Of a stretch of 40,976 bases of DNA, positions 1 through 10,145 are shown in pieces. The notes below the pieces were generated by a model that saw nothing but the letters and a program-made list of their open reading frames with translations, made no database searches and had not been told where the DNA came from. Origin of the DNA: Bacteroidia bacterium (GTDB lineage Bacteria > Bacteroidota > Bacteroidia > UBA10329); assembly GCA_047614525.1 (NCBI GenBank), contig JBLHEU010000003.1, positions 1-40,976 of the forward strand, written 5' to 3'. How positions within the stretch are numbered: the stretch's first letter is position 1; every line of letters begins with the position of its first letter. The position numbers were made by a program, and so were the translations under genes.

Positions 1-146
1 GCTACACGATTCTCTTGTAGCGTACATTCTTTTGGTACTCCAATAAAAAGTTCTTGTTGACTTTTAGCCACTTCCAACATTTCTTCTTGCGGCATTAATC
101 CGCCCGAAGCTGTTAGTGTGAAAAAACTGCCTTCTTTTTTGGTCAT
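1..146 (-). CDS. ald: Alanine dehydrogenase, N-terminus (runs off the left edge; not in the ORF track)
   Basis: Manual translation from the ATG at 146 gives MTKKEGSFFTLTASGGLMPQEEMLEVAKSQQELFIGVPKECTLQENRVA. This has the IGVPKE..ENRV AlaDh/PNT N-terminal motif and a Bacteroidota-type PQEEMLE extension. The ATG overlaps the tsaE stop (ATGA). Confidence 0.8.
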   Translation of the reverse strand, partial: MTKKEGSFFTLTASGGLMPQEEMLEVAKSQQELFIGVPKECTLQENRV

Positions 147-565
147 GATGGATGGGTTACTGTTATCAATCGCTGGTCATTTACAACACGAATGTTCACC
201 ATTACGTGCTTTTCTGGAATGATTCCCGAAGCCATTTCGGGCCACTCGATTAAGCAAAGATACCCACTAAAGAAATAGTCTTCGTAGCCAATATCATATA
301 GCTCTTCTTCGGATTGAATACGATAAAGGTCAAAGTGGTAAACAGCACCAATTTCGCTTTGGTATTCGTTTACTATAGAAAAGGTGGGACTACTAACTTC
401 ATCCTTTACACCAATCGACTTGCAAAGTTCCTTGATTAGGGTTGTTTTTCCCGCACCCATGTCACCTGAGAAAAGGATGATTTTTTCCTTTTCAATGATG
501 GTTTTCAAGTAGTCACAACCAGCCTTGAGCTCTTGAATACTAGATGCGTGGAAAATCTCTTCCAA
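143..565 (-). CDS. tsaE: tRNA threonylcarbamoyladenosine biosynthesis ATPase TsaE
   Basis: GDMGAGKT P-loop plus SSPTFSIVNEY, YHFDLYR and LIEWPE motifs; directly downstream of porX. Confidence 0.96.
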   Translation of the reverse strand: MEEIFHASSIQELKAGCDYLKTIIEKEKIILFSGDMGAGKTTLIKELCKSIGVKDEVSSPTFSIVNEYQSEIGAVYHFDLYRIQSEEELYDIGYEDYFFSGYLCLIEWPEMASGIIPEKHVMVNIRVVNDQRLITVTHPS

Positions 566-579
566 ACCAATTATCTTCC

Positions 580-2133
580 TTATTTACTACTCAAATGCAC
601 TACAGGAATCATCATTTCTTCTAGAGAGATACCTCCGTGTTGGAAAGTGTTTCGGTAGAAATTGACGTAATAGTTGTAGTTGTTTGGGTAGGCGAAAAAC
701 TTGTCTTCCTTAGCAAAAATGAAAGACTGACTTACGTTTACTTTCGGTAGGTGTGCATCATGCGGGTTCTTGACAGCAAACACATCCTTTGCGTCATAAT
801 TTAGATTTTTAGCTTGCTTGTATCTCAAATTCGTATTGGTGTTCTTATCTCCAATTACCTTGCTTGGTTCTTGTACACGAATGGTACCGTGGTCGGTGGT
901 AATCACCACATTTACATCATGTTCTGCAATGCGTTCCATCATGTCTTTTAATGGAGAATGCTCAAACCAACTCAGGGTTATTGAGCGGTAAGCAGATTCA
1001 TCATCTGCAAGCTCACGAATCATCTCCATCTCAGTTCGGGCATGCGAAAGCATATCCACAAAATTGTAGACAATCACATTCAAATCGTTGTTCATCAAGT
1101 TAGGAATAGTTTCTACCAACTTCTTACCGGCTTGGTGCTTAGTAATCTTGTTGTAGCTGAATTTCTGACTAAGATTTAAGCGCTTAAGCTGATCTGCCAA
1201 GAAATCTTCCTCATGCATATTCTTGCCGCCTTCATCTTCATCGTTCAACCATTTGTCTCCAAATCGTTTTTCAATATCAAGCGGAGTTAACCCTGCAAAA
1301 ATGGCGTTTCGAGAATACTGTGTAGCTGTAGGCAGAATACTTAAGAAGATATCCTCGCTCTCAAATTTAAAAATATCTAAAACTGCTGGCTTTATAATCA
1401 GCCATTGGTCCCAACGTAAGTTGTCAATTAGTAGCATGAATGTTGGCTTGCCTTTGCCAACTTTTGGTGCCACTTCTTTTTTGAATAATGTATGAGATAG
1501 AGTAGGGCTATCGTAGCCGTGGCCATTCATCCAATCGATGTAATTGTTCTCTACAAACTTAAAAAACTGAGCATTTGCTTCCGTTTTCTGAGAATCGAGA
1601 ATCTCAGACATGCCATCTTCCTTGCTTTTTTCTAGCTCCAATTCCCAGTGCACAAGCTGCTTGTAAACATCTTTCCACTCTTCATAATTAAGCCTATCGC
1701 TCAGCTTCATGCTTATCTCACGAAACTCACGCTGATAGTTATGGCTGGTCGTTTCAGCAACTAAGCGTTTCGTATCTAATAACTTCTTTATAGTGAGAAG
1801 AATTTGGTTCGGGTTTACAGGCTTTATCAGGTAGTCAGAAATCTGAGAACCAATGGCCTCTTCCATAATGTGTTCCTCCTCACTTTTGGTAATCATCACC
1901 ACAGGAACACGTGAATTTTTATTCTTAATCTGCGTAAGCGTTTCTAGTCCAGAAAGCCCTGGCATATTTTCATCTAAGAAAACAATATCGAACTCAGATT
2001 CGTCAAATAAATCTAGGGCATCATCACCGTTTGTTGCAGTTTCTAATTCAAATCCTTTGTCTTGAAGGAAAAGCAAGTGCGGCTTTAACAAGTCAATTTC
2101 ATCATCTGCCCAAAGTATCTTCAATTTCTCCAT
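580..2133 (-). CDS. porX: PorX-type response regulator (receiver domain + PglZ/alkaline-phosphatase domain)
   Basis: N-terminal REC domain (ILWADDE, FLDENMPG, YLIKP) and C-terminal PglZ motifs (LIDNLRWDQW, PTATQYSRN, TTDHG, FQHGGISLEEM). Confidence 0.95.
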   Translation of the reverse strand: MEKLKILWADDEIDLLKPHLLFLQDKGFELETATNGDDALDLFDESEFDIVFLDENMPGLSGLETLTQIKNKNSRVPVVMITKSEEEHIMEEAIGSQISDYLIKPVNPNQILLTIKKLLDTKRLVAETTSHNYQREFREISMKLSDRLNYEEWKDVYKQLVHWELELEKSKEDGMSEILDSQKTEANAQFFKFVENNYIDWMNGHGYDSPTLSHTLFKKEVAPKVGKGKPTFMLLIDNLRWDQWLIIKPAVLDIFKFESEDIFLSILPTATQYSRNAIFAGLTPLDIEKRFGDKWLNDEDEGGKNMHEEDFLADQLKRLNLSQKFSYNKITKHQAGKKLVETIPNLMNNDLNVIVYNFVDMLSHARTEMEMIRELADDESAYRSITLSWFEHSPLKDMMERIAEHDVNVVITTDHGTIRVQEPSKVIGDKNTNTNLRYKQAKNLNYDAKDVFAVKNPHDAHLPKVNVSQSFIFAKEDKFFAYPNNYNYYVNFYRNTFQHGGISLEEMMIPVVHLSSK

Positions 2134-2167
2134 TTGTTTTATTTAAACGATTCAACTCACTAATAAT

Positions 2168-2190
2168 TACCTTCGCCACTGCCAAAAGTA
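2168..2190. promoter_or_regulatory. Divergent Bacteroidota -7 promoter elements for the HD gene (+) and porX (-)
   Basis: TACCTTCG at 2168-2175 (+) and TACTTTTG at 2190-2183 (-), compared with the TAnnTTTG consensus. Confidence 0.55.
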
Positions 2191-2211
2191 GTACTCTTAA
2201 CGCACGGCATT

Positions 2212-3456
2212 TTGATAAAGTATAACAAACGAAAAATCCTTAATGATCCTGTTTACGGGTTCATAACCGTGCCTTACGAATCGGTATTCGATGTGATTGA
2301 ACATCCGTTTTTCCAACGCCTCAGAAGGATTAAGCAACTTGGATTAACTCATCTTGTTTACCCTGGAGCTTTGCACACAAGGTTTCATCATACAATTGGA
2401 GCTGTACACCTTATGGGATTGGCCGTTAAAGAACTGCGAGACAAGGGCTACGAGATATCAGACAAAGAAGCGGAAGGTGTAACGTTGGCCATCCTTTTAC
2501 ATGATATTGGGCACGGACCTTTTTCTCATGCGTTAGAACACAGCATAGTTTCTGGCGTGTCGCATGAAGATATTTCAGCCTTATTTATGGAGTATCTGAA
2601 TAAAGAGTTTAATGGAAAGCTAGATACAGCTATCGCGATTTTTAATGATAATTATCCGAAGCGTTTTCTGCACCAATTAGTAAGCAGTCAGCTAGATATA
2701 GATAGGCTAGATTACCTCAGACGCGATAGTTTTTTTACCGGAGTTTCTGAAGGTATTGTAGCTTCAGACCGCATAATTAAAATGCTGCATGTAGTTAACG
2801 ATGAGTTGGCAGTTGAAAGCAAAGGCATTTATTCGATTGAGAAATTTATAGTTGCACGAAGGATTATGTACTGGCAGGTTTATTTGCATAAAACAGTTCT
2901 TTCGGCTGAATACCTTCTGATTTATATTTTAAAGCGTGCAAATGAATTGGCTAAGCAAGGAACAAGTTTGTTTGCAACACCTGCTTTTCGCACTTTTTTA
3001 GATAGAAAAGTAACGTTAGAGGACTTTAAGAATGAATCAGACTTACTGACTCAATTTGCGGAACTAGATGACTTTGATGTACTTACTTCGGTGAAGGTTT
3101 GGAAGAACCACCCAGACGTAGTGCTGTCTAAACTTTCGGGGTTTCTAGTAGATAGAAAGCTGTTGAAAATAAAGATGTATTCTGAAGAAGTTTCACCCAT
3201 AAAACTAGCGGAATTAAGAACGGAATTGGCATATCAATGGAAAATTACCGAAGAAGATGCTAGCTATTTTGTGTTCACCGATTCTATTGCAAACAGTGCG
3301 TATAATTTGAAGCAGGACCGGATTAATATCTTGTTCAAAAACGGAGAAGTTAAGGACCTAACCGAGGCCGCAGACACCCTTAGTTTGAGTGTACTTTCAA
3401 AACCCGTAGAAAAACACTTTCTTTGCTTTCCAGCATTGCTGACCAACCAACTCTAA
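2212..3456 (+). CDS. HD-domain phosphohydrolase (SAMHD1/dNTPase-like)
   Basis: DPVYG, QRLRRIKQLG, YPGALHTRFHH, LLHDIGHGPFSH, DIDRLDYL and YWQVYLHK motifs. Confidence 0.92.
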   Translation: MIKYNKRKILNDPVYGFITVPYESVFDVIEHPFFQRLRRIKQLGLTHLVYPGALHTRFHHTIGAVHLMGLAVKELRDKGYEISDKEAEGVTLAILLHDIGHGPFSHALEHSIVSGVSHEDISALFMEYLNKEFNGKLDTAIAIFNDNYPKRFLHQLVSSQLDIDRLDYLRRDSFFTGVSEGIVASDRIIKMLHVVNDELAVESKGIYSIEKFIVARRIMYWQVYLHKTVLSAEYLLIYILKRANELAKQGTSLFATPAFRTFLDRKVTLEDFKNESDLLTQFAELDDFDVLTSVKVWKNHPDVVLSKLSGFLVDRKLLKIKMYSEEVSPIKLAELRTELAYQWKITEEDASYFVFTDSIANSAYNLKQDRINILFKNGEVKDLTEAADTLSLSVLSKPVEKHFLCFPALLTNQL

Positions 3457-3519
3457 AACACACCCGGCCATAGGTATATTTCTACTTTAACGAGGTTCAT
3501 TAAATTTATTTTAAAGCGG

Positions 3520-4542
3520 ATGATTTTGACCGCAGGTGTTATTGCTGATTTAATTGGCGGAAGTGTTGACGGAGACCCACAGGTACAAGTAAGTACCGTG
3601 AGTCCTATCGAAAGCGGTTCTGCGGGTTCATTGTCGTTTCTGGCAAACCCTAAATACAACGAGTTTCTTGAAACTACGGATGCATCTGTGGTTATTGTTA
3701 AAACAGATTTTAAGGTCGAATCAACCACTAGGGCAACGCTAATACGTGTTGAAGACCCATACTCTTGCTTTGCAATCTTACTTCAGAAGTATGATGAGAT
3801 GAATGGTCCAAAAGCTGGGATTCATTCTTCTTCTGTAATCTCTGAAAGTGCTACGATTGGAAAGAATGTTTCTATTGGTGCTGGTGCTGTGATTGAAGAT
3901 GACGTGGTTGTTGGAGATGATGCAATTATTGGCGCAAACGTTGTTTTAGAAAGAAAGGTGAAGGTGGGAAACGGATGCAAGTTGCATTCGGGCTCTCGTG
4001 TTTTGCACGATTGTGTCATAGGTAATAATTGCACGCTTCATGCTGGCGTTACAATAGGAAGTGACGGTTTTGGATTTGCTCCATCAGACACTGAATACAG
4101 CAAAATTCCGCAGGTTGGTAACGTTATTCTTGAGGATAAAGTTGAAGTAGGGGCAAACTCAACCATAGATAGAGCTACTATGGGTTCAACTATTATTAGA
4201 ACAGGAGTTAAACTCGATAACCTCATCCAAATTGCACACAACGTAGAAATTGGAGAACATACTGTAATTGCTGCTCAAACTGGAATTGCAGGTTCAACTA
4301 AAATCGGGAAACGCTGCATGATTGGCGGCCAAGTGGGAATCATCGGCCATCTGCTGATTGGAGATAATGTGAAAATTGCCGCGCAAAGTGGAGTAGGAAG
4401 TAACCTGAAAGACGGGGTAATTGTACAGGGTTCACCAGCTTTTGAGGTTGGTAGTTACCGTAGGTCATATGTCTCGTTTAGGCGATTGCCAGAAACACTC
4501 CGAAGAATTGAACAACAACTAAAAGAACTGACCAAGGGATGA
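3520..4542 (+). CDS. lpxD: UDP-3-O-(3-hydroxymyristoyl)glucosamine N-acyltransferase
   Basis: SFLANPKY, hexapeptide repeats, GSDGFGF, TIDRA and [10 protein letters not shown] motifs. Confidence 0.97.
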   Translation: MILTAGVIADLIGGSVDGDPQVQVSTVSPIESGSAGSLSFLANPKYNEFLETTDASVVIVKTDFKVESTTRATLIRVEDPYSCFAILLQKYDEMNGPKAGIHSSSVISESATIGKNVSIGAGAVIEDDVVVGDDAIIGANVVLERKVKVGNGCKLHSGSRVLHDCVIGNNCTLHAGVTIGSDGFGFAPSDTEYSKIPQVGNVILEDKVEVGANSTIDRATMGSTIIRTGVKLDNLIQIAHNVEIGEHTVIAAQTGIAGSTKIGKRCMIGGQVGIIGHLLIGDNVKIAAQSGVGSNLKDGVIVQGSPAFEVGSYRRSYVSFRRLPETLRRIEQQLKELTKG

Positions 4543-5930
4543 GCGTAAAACAGAAGACCTTAAATCAGGCGATTTCCATTTCTGGGGTTGGTTTACACAC
4601 TGGAGAAATGACAAAAGTTGTTGTGAATCCTTCAGATGAAAGAGGAATCGTTTTCATAAGAACCGACCTTGAAAATGCTGAGATAAAAGCCGCTGTGGCA
4701 AATATTACTAGCACAAAAAGAGGAACTACAATCGGTTATGGTGAAGCTACGGTTAGCACCATAGAACATTGGATGGCATCGCTGGCAGCAGTCGGTGTAA
4801 CTAATGCTAGAATTGAGATTGACGGTCCTGAGTGTCCAATTCTTGATGGTAGTTCAAAGGAAATTACCGATGCTATTAATAAAGTTGGAGTTAATGAGTT
4901 AGAAGCGGATTTTGATATTCTAAACGTTGATTCAAACCTTGAGTATAAGGACGAAGAAACAGGTGCAGAGTACTTGATCATTCCTTCAGACAAACCTCGG
5001 TTTACCGTAATGATTGATTACAATAGCAAGGCTTTGCCGCCACAGCACGCGGTGCTAACAGACCTTGCAGATTTTGAAGCTGAGATTGCTTCCTGCAGAA
5101 CGTTTTGTTTTTTACATGAATTAGAACTGCTTCTAGAGCATAACCTTATTAAGGGTGGTGGTTTAGATAATGCCGTTGTTTTTGTTGAACATCCTATGGA
5201 TGATGCGAAGCAAGCTAAATTGGCTAAGCAGTTTAACCAATCAGATATTAAAGCAAGTGTACTTGGTACGCTTAATAATACCGAGTTGCGTTTTCCAAAT
5301 GAACCAGCAAAGCATAAACTCCTTGACTTAATTGGGGATATGGCGTTGATTGGTGCGCAATTAAATGGGCATGTAATTGCCACTAAACCCGGTCATGGTT
5401 CAAATTCTCGTTTTGGGATGTTTATAGCCGGATTGGTTAAGGATAACAAAAAGGGAAAGGCACCTAAAATTGATTTTAATGCGCAGCCAGTACTTGATGT
5501 AAACGGCATTATGGCAATGTTGCCTCACAGACCACCTTTCTTGTTTGTCGACAAGATTTATGAACTGACGCCTACGATGGTTGTGGGTGTGAAAAATGTG
5601 ACCATGAATGAGTATTTCTTTGAGGGTCACTTTCCTGGAGCGCCTGTTATGCCAGGTGTAATACAGGTAGAGGCTATGGCTCAGGTTGGAGGGATTCTAG
5701 TTCTGAATACCGTTCCAGACCCAGAGAATTACCTCACTTATTTAATGAAAATAGATGGCGTTAAGTTTCGTAAAATGGTAATGCCAGGCGATACAATCGT
5801 TTTTAAACTTGAGCTAGTCAGCCCAATAAGGCGAGGTATCTGCCATATGAAAGGACACGCTTACGTAGGGAATGAATCCGTGATGGAAGCCGAGATGATG
5901 GCCCAAATAGTAAAAAGAGACACCGAATGA
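4539..5930 (+). CDS. lpxC-fabZ: Bifunctional LpxC deacetylase / FabZ dehydratase
   Basis: LpxC motifs GVGLHTG, STIEH, PILDGS and HKLLDLIGD, fused to FabZ motifs [11 protein letters not shown] and [11 protein letters not shown]. The fusion is typical of Bacteroidota. Confidence 0.96.
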   Translation: MSVKQKTLNQAISISGVGLHTGEMTKVVVNPSDERGIVFIRTDLENAEIKAAVANITSTKRGTTIGYGEATVSTIEHWMASLAAVGVTNARIEIDGPECPILDGSSKEITDAINKVGVNELEADFDILNVDSNLEYKDEETGAEYLIIPSDKPRFTVMIDYNSKALPPQHAVLTDLADFEAEIASCRTFCFLHELELLLEHNLIKGGGLDNAVVFVEHPMDDAKQAKLAKQFNQSDIKASVLGTLNNTELRFPNEPAKHKLLDLIGDMALIGAQLNGHVIATKPGHGSNSRFGMFIAGLVKDNKKGKAPKIDFNAQPVLDVNGIMAMLPHRPPFLFVDKIYELTPTMVVGVKNVTMNEYFFEGHFPGAPVMPGVIQVEAMAQVGGILVLNTVPDPENYLTYLMKIDGVKFRKMVMPGDTIVFKLELVSPIRRGICHMKGHAYVGNESVMEAEMMAQIVKRDTE

Positions 5931-6727
5931 ACCAACCCTTATCTTTTGTACACCCCCAGGCAAAAATTGCCGACAATGTGGTAATCGAACCTTTTGTTAC
6001 CATTCATAAGAATGTTGAAATAGGACAAGGTTGCTGGATAGGTTCGAACGTTACCATTATGGAAGGCGCTAGAATTGGCAAGAATTGCAGGATTTTTCCT
6101 GGAGCAGTAATTTCTGCCGTCCCACAGGATTTGAAATTTGATGGAGAAGAATCTTTCGTTGAAATAGGTGATGACGTTACGATTCGTGAGTGCGTTACCA
6201 TTAACAGGGGAACAAAAGCAAGCGGTAAGACTGTGATTGGTAACAAGTGCTTAATCATGGCTTATGTACATGTTGCTCATGACTGTATTCTTGGCGAAGG
6301 AGTTATACTTGCCAATGCATGCACACTTGCTGGTCATATTATTATTGATGATTACGCTATTTTGGGCGGAATGTCTGCCCTGCATCAATTTGTTAGAATT
6401 GGAGCACACGCCATTGTTTCGGGAGGGGCATTGGTGGTAAAAGACGTGCCGCCATATTGCAAGGCTGCACGTTATCCGTTGAGTTACTCTGGTGTGAACA
6501 GCGTTGGCATGAAACGTAGAGGATTCTCAGTTGAAAAGGTTCGAGAAATCCAAGAAATATATCGTGTGCTCTTCTTGAAGCATTACAATGTAACTCAAGC
6601 CTTGTCGCATTTAGAAGCGGAATTTCTTGTAACTGATGAGCGTGATGAAATCATCAAATTCATTCGAGATTCGAAGCGCGGAATAATGAAAGGATATCAG
6701 TTTATGAACGGAAACGGATCTAAGTAA
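5927..6727 (+). CDS. lpxA: Acyl-ACP--UDP-N-acetylglucosamine O-acyltransferase
   Basis: PQDLKF, IRECVTINRGT, HVAHDC and HQFVRIG motifs; operon position. Confidence 0.97.
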   Translation: MNQPLSFVHPQAKIADNVVIEPFVTIHKNVEIGQGCWIGSNVTIMEGARIGKNCRIFPGAVISAVPQDLKFDGEESFVEIGDDVTIRECVTINRGTKASGKTVIGNKCLIMAYVHVAHDCILGEGVILANACTLAGHIIIDDYAILGGMSALHQFVRIGAHAIVSGGALVVKDVPPYCKAARYPLSYSGVNSVGMKRRGFSVEKVREIQEIYRVLFLKHYNVTQALSHLEAEFLVTDERDEIIKFIRDSKRGIMKGYQFMNGNGSK

Positions 6728-6729
6728 GT

Positions 6730-7362
6730 ATGTCTTCTTTGCCGCAGATTTCTTTGCGAAACGTAGGGAAACGGTATAATTATGAATGGATTTTTCGTGG
6801 AGTAACTCATACGTTTAAGGCAAATGAGCATACTGCTATTCTTGGTTCAAACGGTTCTGGGAAATCTACATTGCTCCAAGTTATTCTGGGCAGTACAGTT
6901 CACTCAGAAGGCGAAATATCTTACCAGTTAGATGGAAATAATTTTAATGCCGAAGAAACAGTTGGCAAGTTTTCATTGGCTACTCCTTACCTAGATATTA
7001 TTGAAGAATTTACACTGATGGAGATGTTAGAATTCCATCAAAAAATGATAGCCTTCCGAAACGGAATTGATCTAAAGGGTATTGTAGACCGTTTGTATCT
7101 ATCAGACGCTAAGGACAAAGCCATTAAGCACTTTTCCTCTGGAATGAAGCAACGTGTAAAGCTGGGTATAGCTCTGATGTCGGATACTCCATTTGTATTG
7201 CTTGATGAGCCAACTTCGAACCTTGACGCTATGGCAATAGACTGGTACAACCAATTGGTTGAAGAATTCAAAAACGGTAGGGTGATTATTGTTTGCTCAA
7301 ATGATCAGAAGGCCGAATTTTCATTTTGTTCTGAGCAATTAAACGTAGGGGATTTTAAATAA
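6730..7362 (+). CDS. ABC transporter ATP-binding protein (no permease in the window)
   Basis: Walker A GSNGSGKS, signature FSSGMKQR, Walker B LLDEP. Confidence 0.9.
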   Translation: MSSLPQISLRNVGKRYNYEWIFRGVTHTFKANEHTAILGSNGSGKSTLLQVILGSTVHSEGEISYQLDGNNFNAEETVGKFSLATPYLDIIEEFTLMEMLEFHQKMIAFRNGIDLKGIVDRLYLSDAKDKAIKHFSSGMKQRVKLGIALMSDTPFVLLDEPTSNLDAMAIDWYNQLVEEFKNGRVIIVCSNDQKAEFSFCSEQLNVGDFK

Positions 7363-7364
7363 TC

Positions 7365-7820
7365 CTAGCGCTTTTCGAAATTGAGTGAAGCGGAATTAAT
7401 ACAATAACGCAATCCGGTAGGTTGAGGGCCGTCTTCAAATACGTGACCCAAATGAGCATCACATCTGGCACAATGCACTTCATCTCTCATCATACCAAAA
7501 CTCATATCCGAAGTCTTTTCTACATTCTGCTTTAGAAAGCTGTAGTAACTAGGCCAGCCTGTGCCACTTTTGAACTTGGTTTTCGAATCAAACAACTCTA
7601 AGTCGCAGCATATACAGGAGTATGTGCCTTCAACTTTATTGTTCCAATAAGTGCCAGTAAATGCCCGTTCAGTTCCTGATTCGCGCGTAACGTAATACTG
7701 CTCCTCACTGAGCTTTTCTTTCCAGTATTTCTCAGGCTTGGTTATTTTCTGAACATCAGATTGTGCCGAAACAGAACCAAAAACCATCAAAAAACAAAAT
7801 GCAAATAAGTACTTCATCAT
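7365..7820 (-). CDS. msrB: Peptide-methionine (R)-S-oxide reductase with signal peptide
   Basis: GTERAF, CICC and CARC Zn ligands, SGTGWPS, HLGHVFEDGP and RYCINSASL; hydrophobic N-terminus. Confidence 0.95.
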   Translation of the reverse strand: MMKYLFAFCFLMVFGSVSAQSDVQKITKPEKYWKEKLSEEQYYVTRESGTERAFTGTYWNNKVEGTYSCICCDLELFDSKTKFKSGTGWPSYYSFLKQNVEKTSDMSFGMMRDEVHCARCDAHLGHVFEDGPQPTGLRYCINSASLNFEKR

Positions 7821-7942
7821 TGCTTAACACCAAGAGGGTGGCTATGTTTATAATTGAGGTTTTTTATAATCTCAATGAGTACTACATACTTTTTTGGCAC
7901 CTCATTTTAAGCTAGCTCAATACGGAAGAAAGAAGTATGTTA

Positions 7943-8590
7943 CTACTTTTTGCCCCCATTCAATTGTTCGAACGAAACAATTCGGTAGCCTTCTGGAATG
8001 GTCTGGTCAAAAAGATTGTCTTCTACTGCGAGGGTGATTTTAGTTGCCTTAGAAATGAGAACACCATCTTTGCTCGTTTCTATCATCAACAACGGAAACC
8101 CATCAAGCTTAGAAAAGAAATATCCCTCGAACTCAAAATCGTGCGACTTAAGTTTTGGAGTGTACCAAACTTCAATTGTCTTGTCTTTCAGAGATACTTG
8201 AGCCTTAGAACACGTGTAACCCTTAATTTTTTTCGACCCCTCAGTTAGCGTAATCTTCATACTACTATTATCATGTGCTAAAGATTCTTCAGAAAGTTTA
8301 CTCGCAATTTTAACCGATCCGCTTTGCATAGAATTGAGAAGCAACCCTTTTTTAGCATCTAAATCGTAAACCATTTTCAGGTCTACCATTTTGTTCACCA
8401 AAACCATAGACATCTTGTTGCCTTTGTAGGCATAGCTTAAGAAATCGCTATCGGCTTGATTTACGGTAGGGTCATCTCCTGTAATCTCAAACTCAACAAC
8501 AAAATTACTAACGGAAGTCTGTCCTTGTGCCACGGATGAGCAAAGCAAGAGTGTGAGAACTAGATACAGATAGGAAGGGGTCTTAAACAT
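7943..8590 (-). CDS. Exported DUF4412/GLPGLI-like protein
   Basis: Signal peptide; KKIKGYTCSKA, VWYTPKL and KLDGFPL resemble the GLPGLI/DUF4412 pattern. Confidence 0.65.
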   Translation of the reverse strand: MFKTPSYLYLVLTLLLCSSVAQGQTSVSNFVVEFEITGDDPTVNQADSDFLSYAYKGNKMSMVLVNKMVDLKMVYDLDAKKGLLLNSMQSGSVKIASKLSEESLAHDNSSMKITLTEGSKKIKGYTCSKAQVSLKDKTIEVWYTPKLKSHDFEFEGYFFSKLDGFPLLMIETSKDGVLISKATKITLAVEDNLFDQTIPEGYRIVSFEQLNGGKK

Positions 8591-8609
8591 GGTATTGAGA
8601 TTAAATGAG

Positions 8610-9176
8610 TTATTGTTTACCCAACATAGCTTTTTTCAAGTCGTCATCTGCTGGTTTATCTCCAAGCCAAATGCCGAACAACGCTTTCTTGAAATCCATG
8701 CCTTCAATAGTGCCTTCAAGCTTTCCATTCTTGTAAGACTCTACGCCTTTTCCAGGAACGTAAACAATATCAAATACGTTGCCTTCAACAATTTCACTCT
8801 TCTTAAACGTGTTTACAAAAACATCAATTTCAGATTTTAAAGGAGCGGTATTTCCGCCCGTGCTTGCTTCAAAGCCTTCCATAATAGCTTCGCTCATGTT
8901 CTCACTGCTAATCATGCCAGAAGTAATTTCAAGCTTAACTGCCATGGCTTCGTCAGCGTTTACCACCGCTTTTGCATCGTTAGATTTACTGGTGAGGTAC
9001 AACCCACCAACATACAGTTTAAAGAATAATTTCTTTCTAATTCCTCCACCGTTAAGGTCCACATTTGCGTCTCCAGCTTTTATACTTGCAGGTAGTGTGA
9101 CTCCATTAATGGTAACTTGAGCTTGGGTTGGAAGTGCCAAGGTTAATGCAATAATTGTGGTTAATAGTAATCTCAT
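8610..9176 (-). CDS. Chalcone-isomerase-like (CHI-fold) exported protein
   Basis: LNGGGIRKKLFFKLYVGGLYL and FKKALFGIWLGDKPADDDLKKAML motifs; signal peptide. Confidence 0.88.
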   Translation of the reverse strand: MRLLLTTIIALTLALPTQAQVTINGVTLPASIKAGDANVDLNGGGIRKKLFFKLYVGGLYLTSKSNDAKAVVNADEAMAVKLEITSGMISSENMSEAIMEGFEASTGGNTAPLKSEIDVFVNTFKKSEIVEGNVFDIVYVPGKGVESYKNGKLEGTIEGMDFKKALFGIWLGDKPADDDLKKAMLGKQ

Positions 9177-9346
9177 AATCTGGGTTTTAGATTGCGCTAA
9201 GATATGTGATAATCTAATTGCCTTTAGGCAAGAACAAAGCCAATTTGATTGTGAGAAAACAAGACAATTGTGTGCAATGTTTACATTGGTGAATGTGAAA
9301 TGTCTATCAGTAAATCATTGAATAACTTGCCTTCAAATTCAAGAAC

Positions 9347-10114
9347 ATGAAACAGCTAATCAATTCAACAATAGTCTTCGTCTTTCTACTTGTTACCAGT
9401 TCGTGCACGTATACAACGGGAGAAGGGCCTTTAGTTGAGAAAGAGTTTGCAAAAGATGCTTTTCGGGACGTTGAACTTGATGGCTCTTTTAATGTGAATA
9501 TCACCCAAGGCGCACAGCAAAACGTGGTCGTAAACGGACAAGAGAATATCATTGAGAAGCTTAAAATGGATGTGCTGGATGGCGTACTGTATCTAAGTCT
9601 AGAGCCCGGTAATTACATGAATTATGAACTTGAAGTGGACCTAACCATGCCTAGGTTGCAAACGGTGGTGTTATCTGGTTCTGGTGATATAAAGTTGGGC
9701 ACATTCGTGGGATTGGACGAATTAAAAATAAGTCTAGATGGGTCTGGAGATATTGAGTCGGAAGGCGTTCTGGAGGTTAACGGATCTGCAACTATTGATT
9801 TAGAAGGAAGTGGAGATATAGACCTAAGTCTTAAGGCCGAAAAGGTGATGGTGGATTTAGATGGTAGCGGAGATGTCGACCTAAATGGCACTTCTTCAAC
9901 TTTAAAAGCCATGTTAGACGGAAGCGGAGATATTAAAACATACAAGCTGCAATCGCTGCGTGCAGAAGTAGAATTAGAAGGTTCAGGAAATGTCAAGGTA
10001 TATGCTTCAAAAAGTTTGAAAGCATCTTTAAAGGGCTCAGGAGACATCCGTTATAGGGGCGAGCCAACAGTAGAGGCAAAAATTGATGGTTCGGGAACTA
10101 TTGAAGCAGATTAG
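9347..10114 (+). CDS. GIN-domain (DUF2807) lipoprotein
   Basis: Lipobox TSSC followed by many L(D/E)GSGD(I/V) beta-solenoid repeats and a C-terminal YRGEP. Confidence 0.88.
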   Translation: MKQLINSTIVFVFLLVTSSCTYTTGEGPLVEKEFAKDAFRDVELDGSFNVNITQGAQQNVVVNGQENIIEKLKMDVLDGVLYLSLEPGNYMNYELEVDLTMPRLQTVVLSGSGDIKLGTFVGLDELKISLDGSGDIESEGVLEVNGSATIDLEGSGDIDLSLKAEKVMVDLDGSGDVDLNGTSSTLKAMLDGSGDIKTYKLQSLRAEVELEGSGNVKVYASKSLKASLKGSGDIRYRGEPTVEAKIDGSGTIEAD

Positions 10115-10145
10115 AATCTATTTTTGCAGGCCTAAATAAAACACC

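Noticed and set aside
580-2133. PglZ as part of a BREX defence system
   Set aside because: It is fused to a receiver domain, sits in the core porX-tsaE context, and has no brxC or pglX nearby.
9660-10110. Repeated GSGD-encoding DNA as a tandem repeat or CRISPR-like array
   Set aside because: These are ordinary GIN-domain protein repeats with divergent codons.
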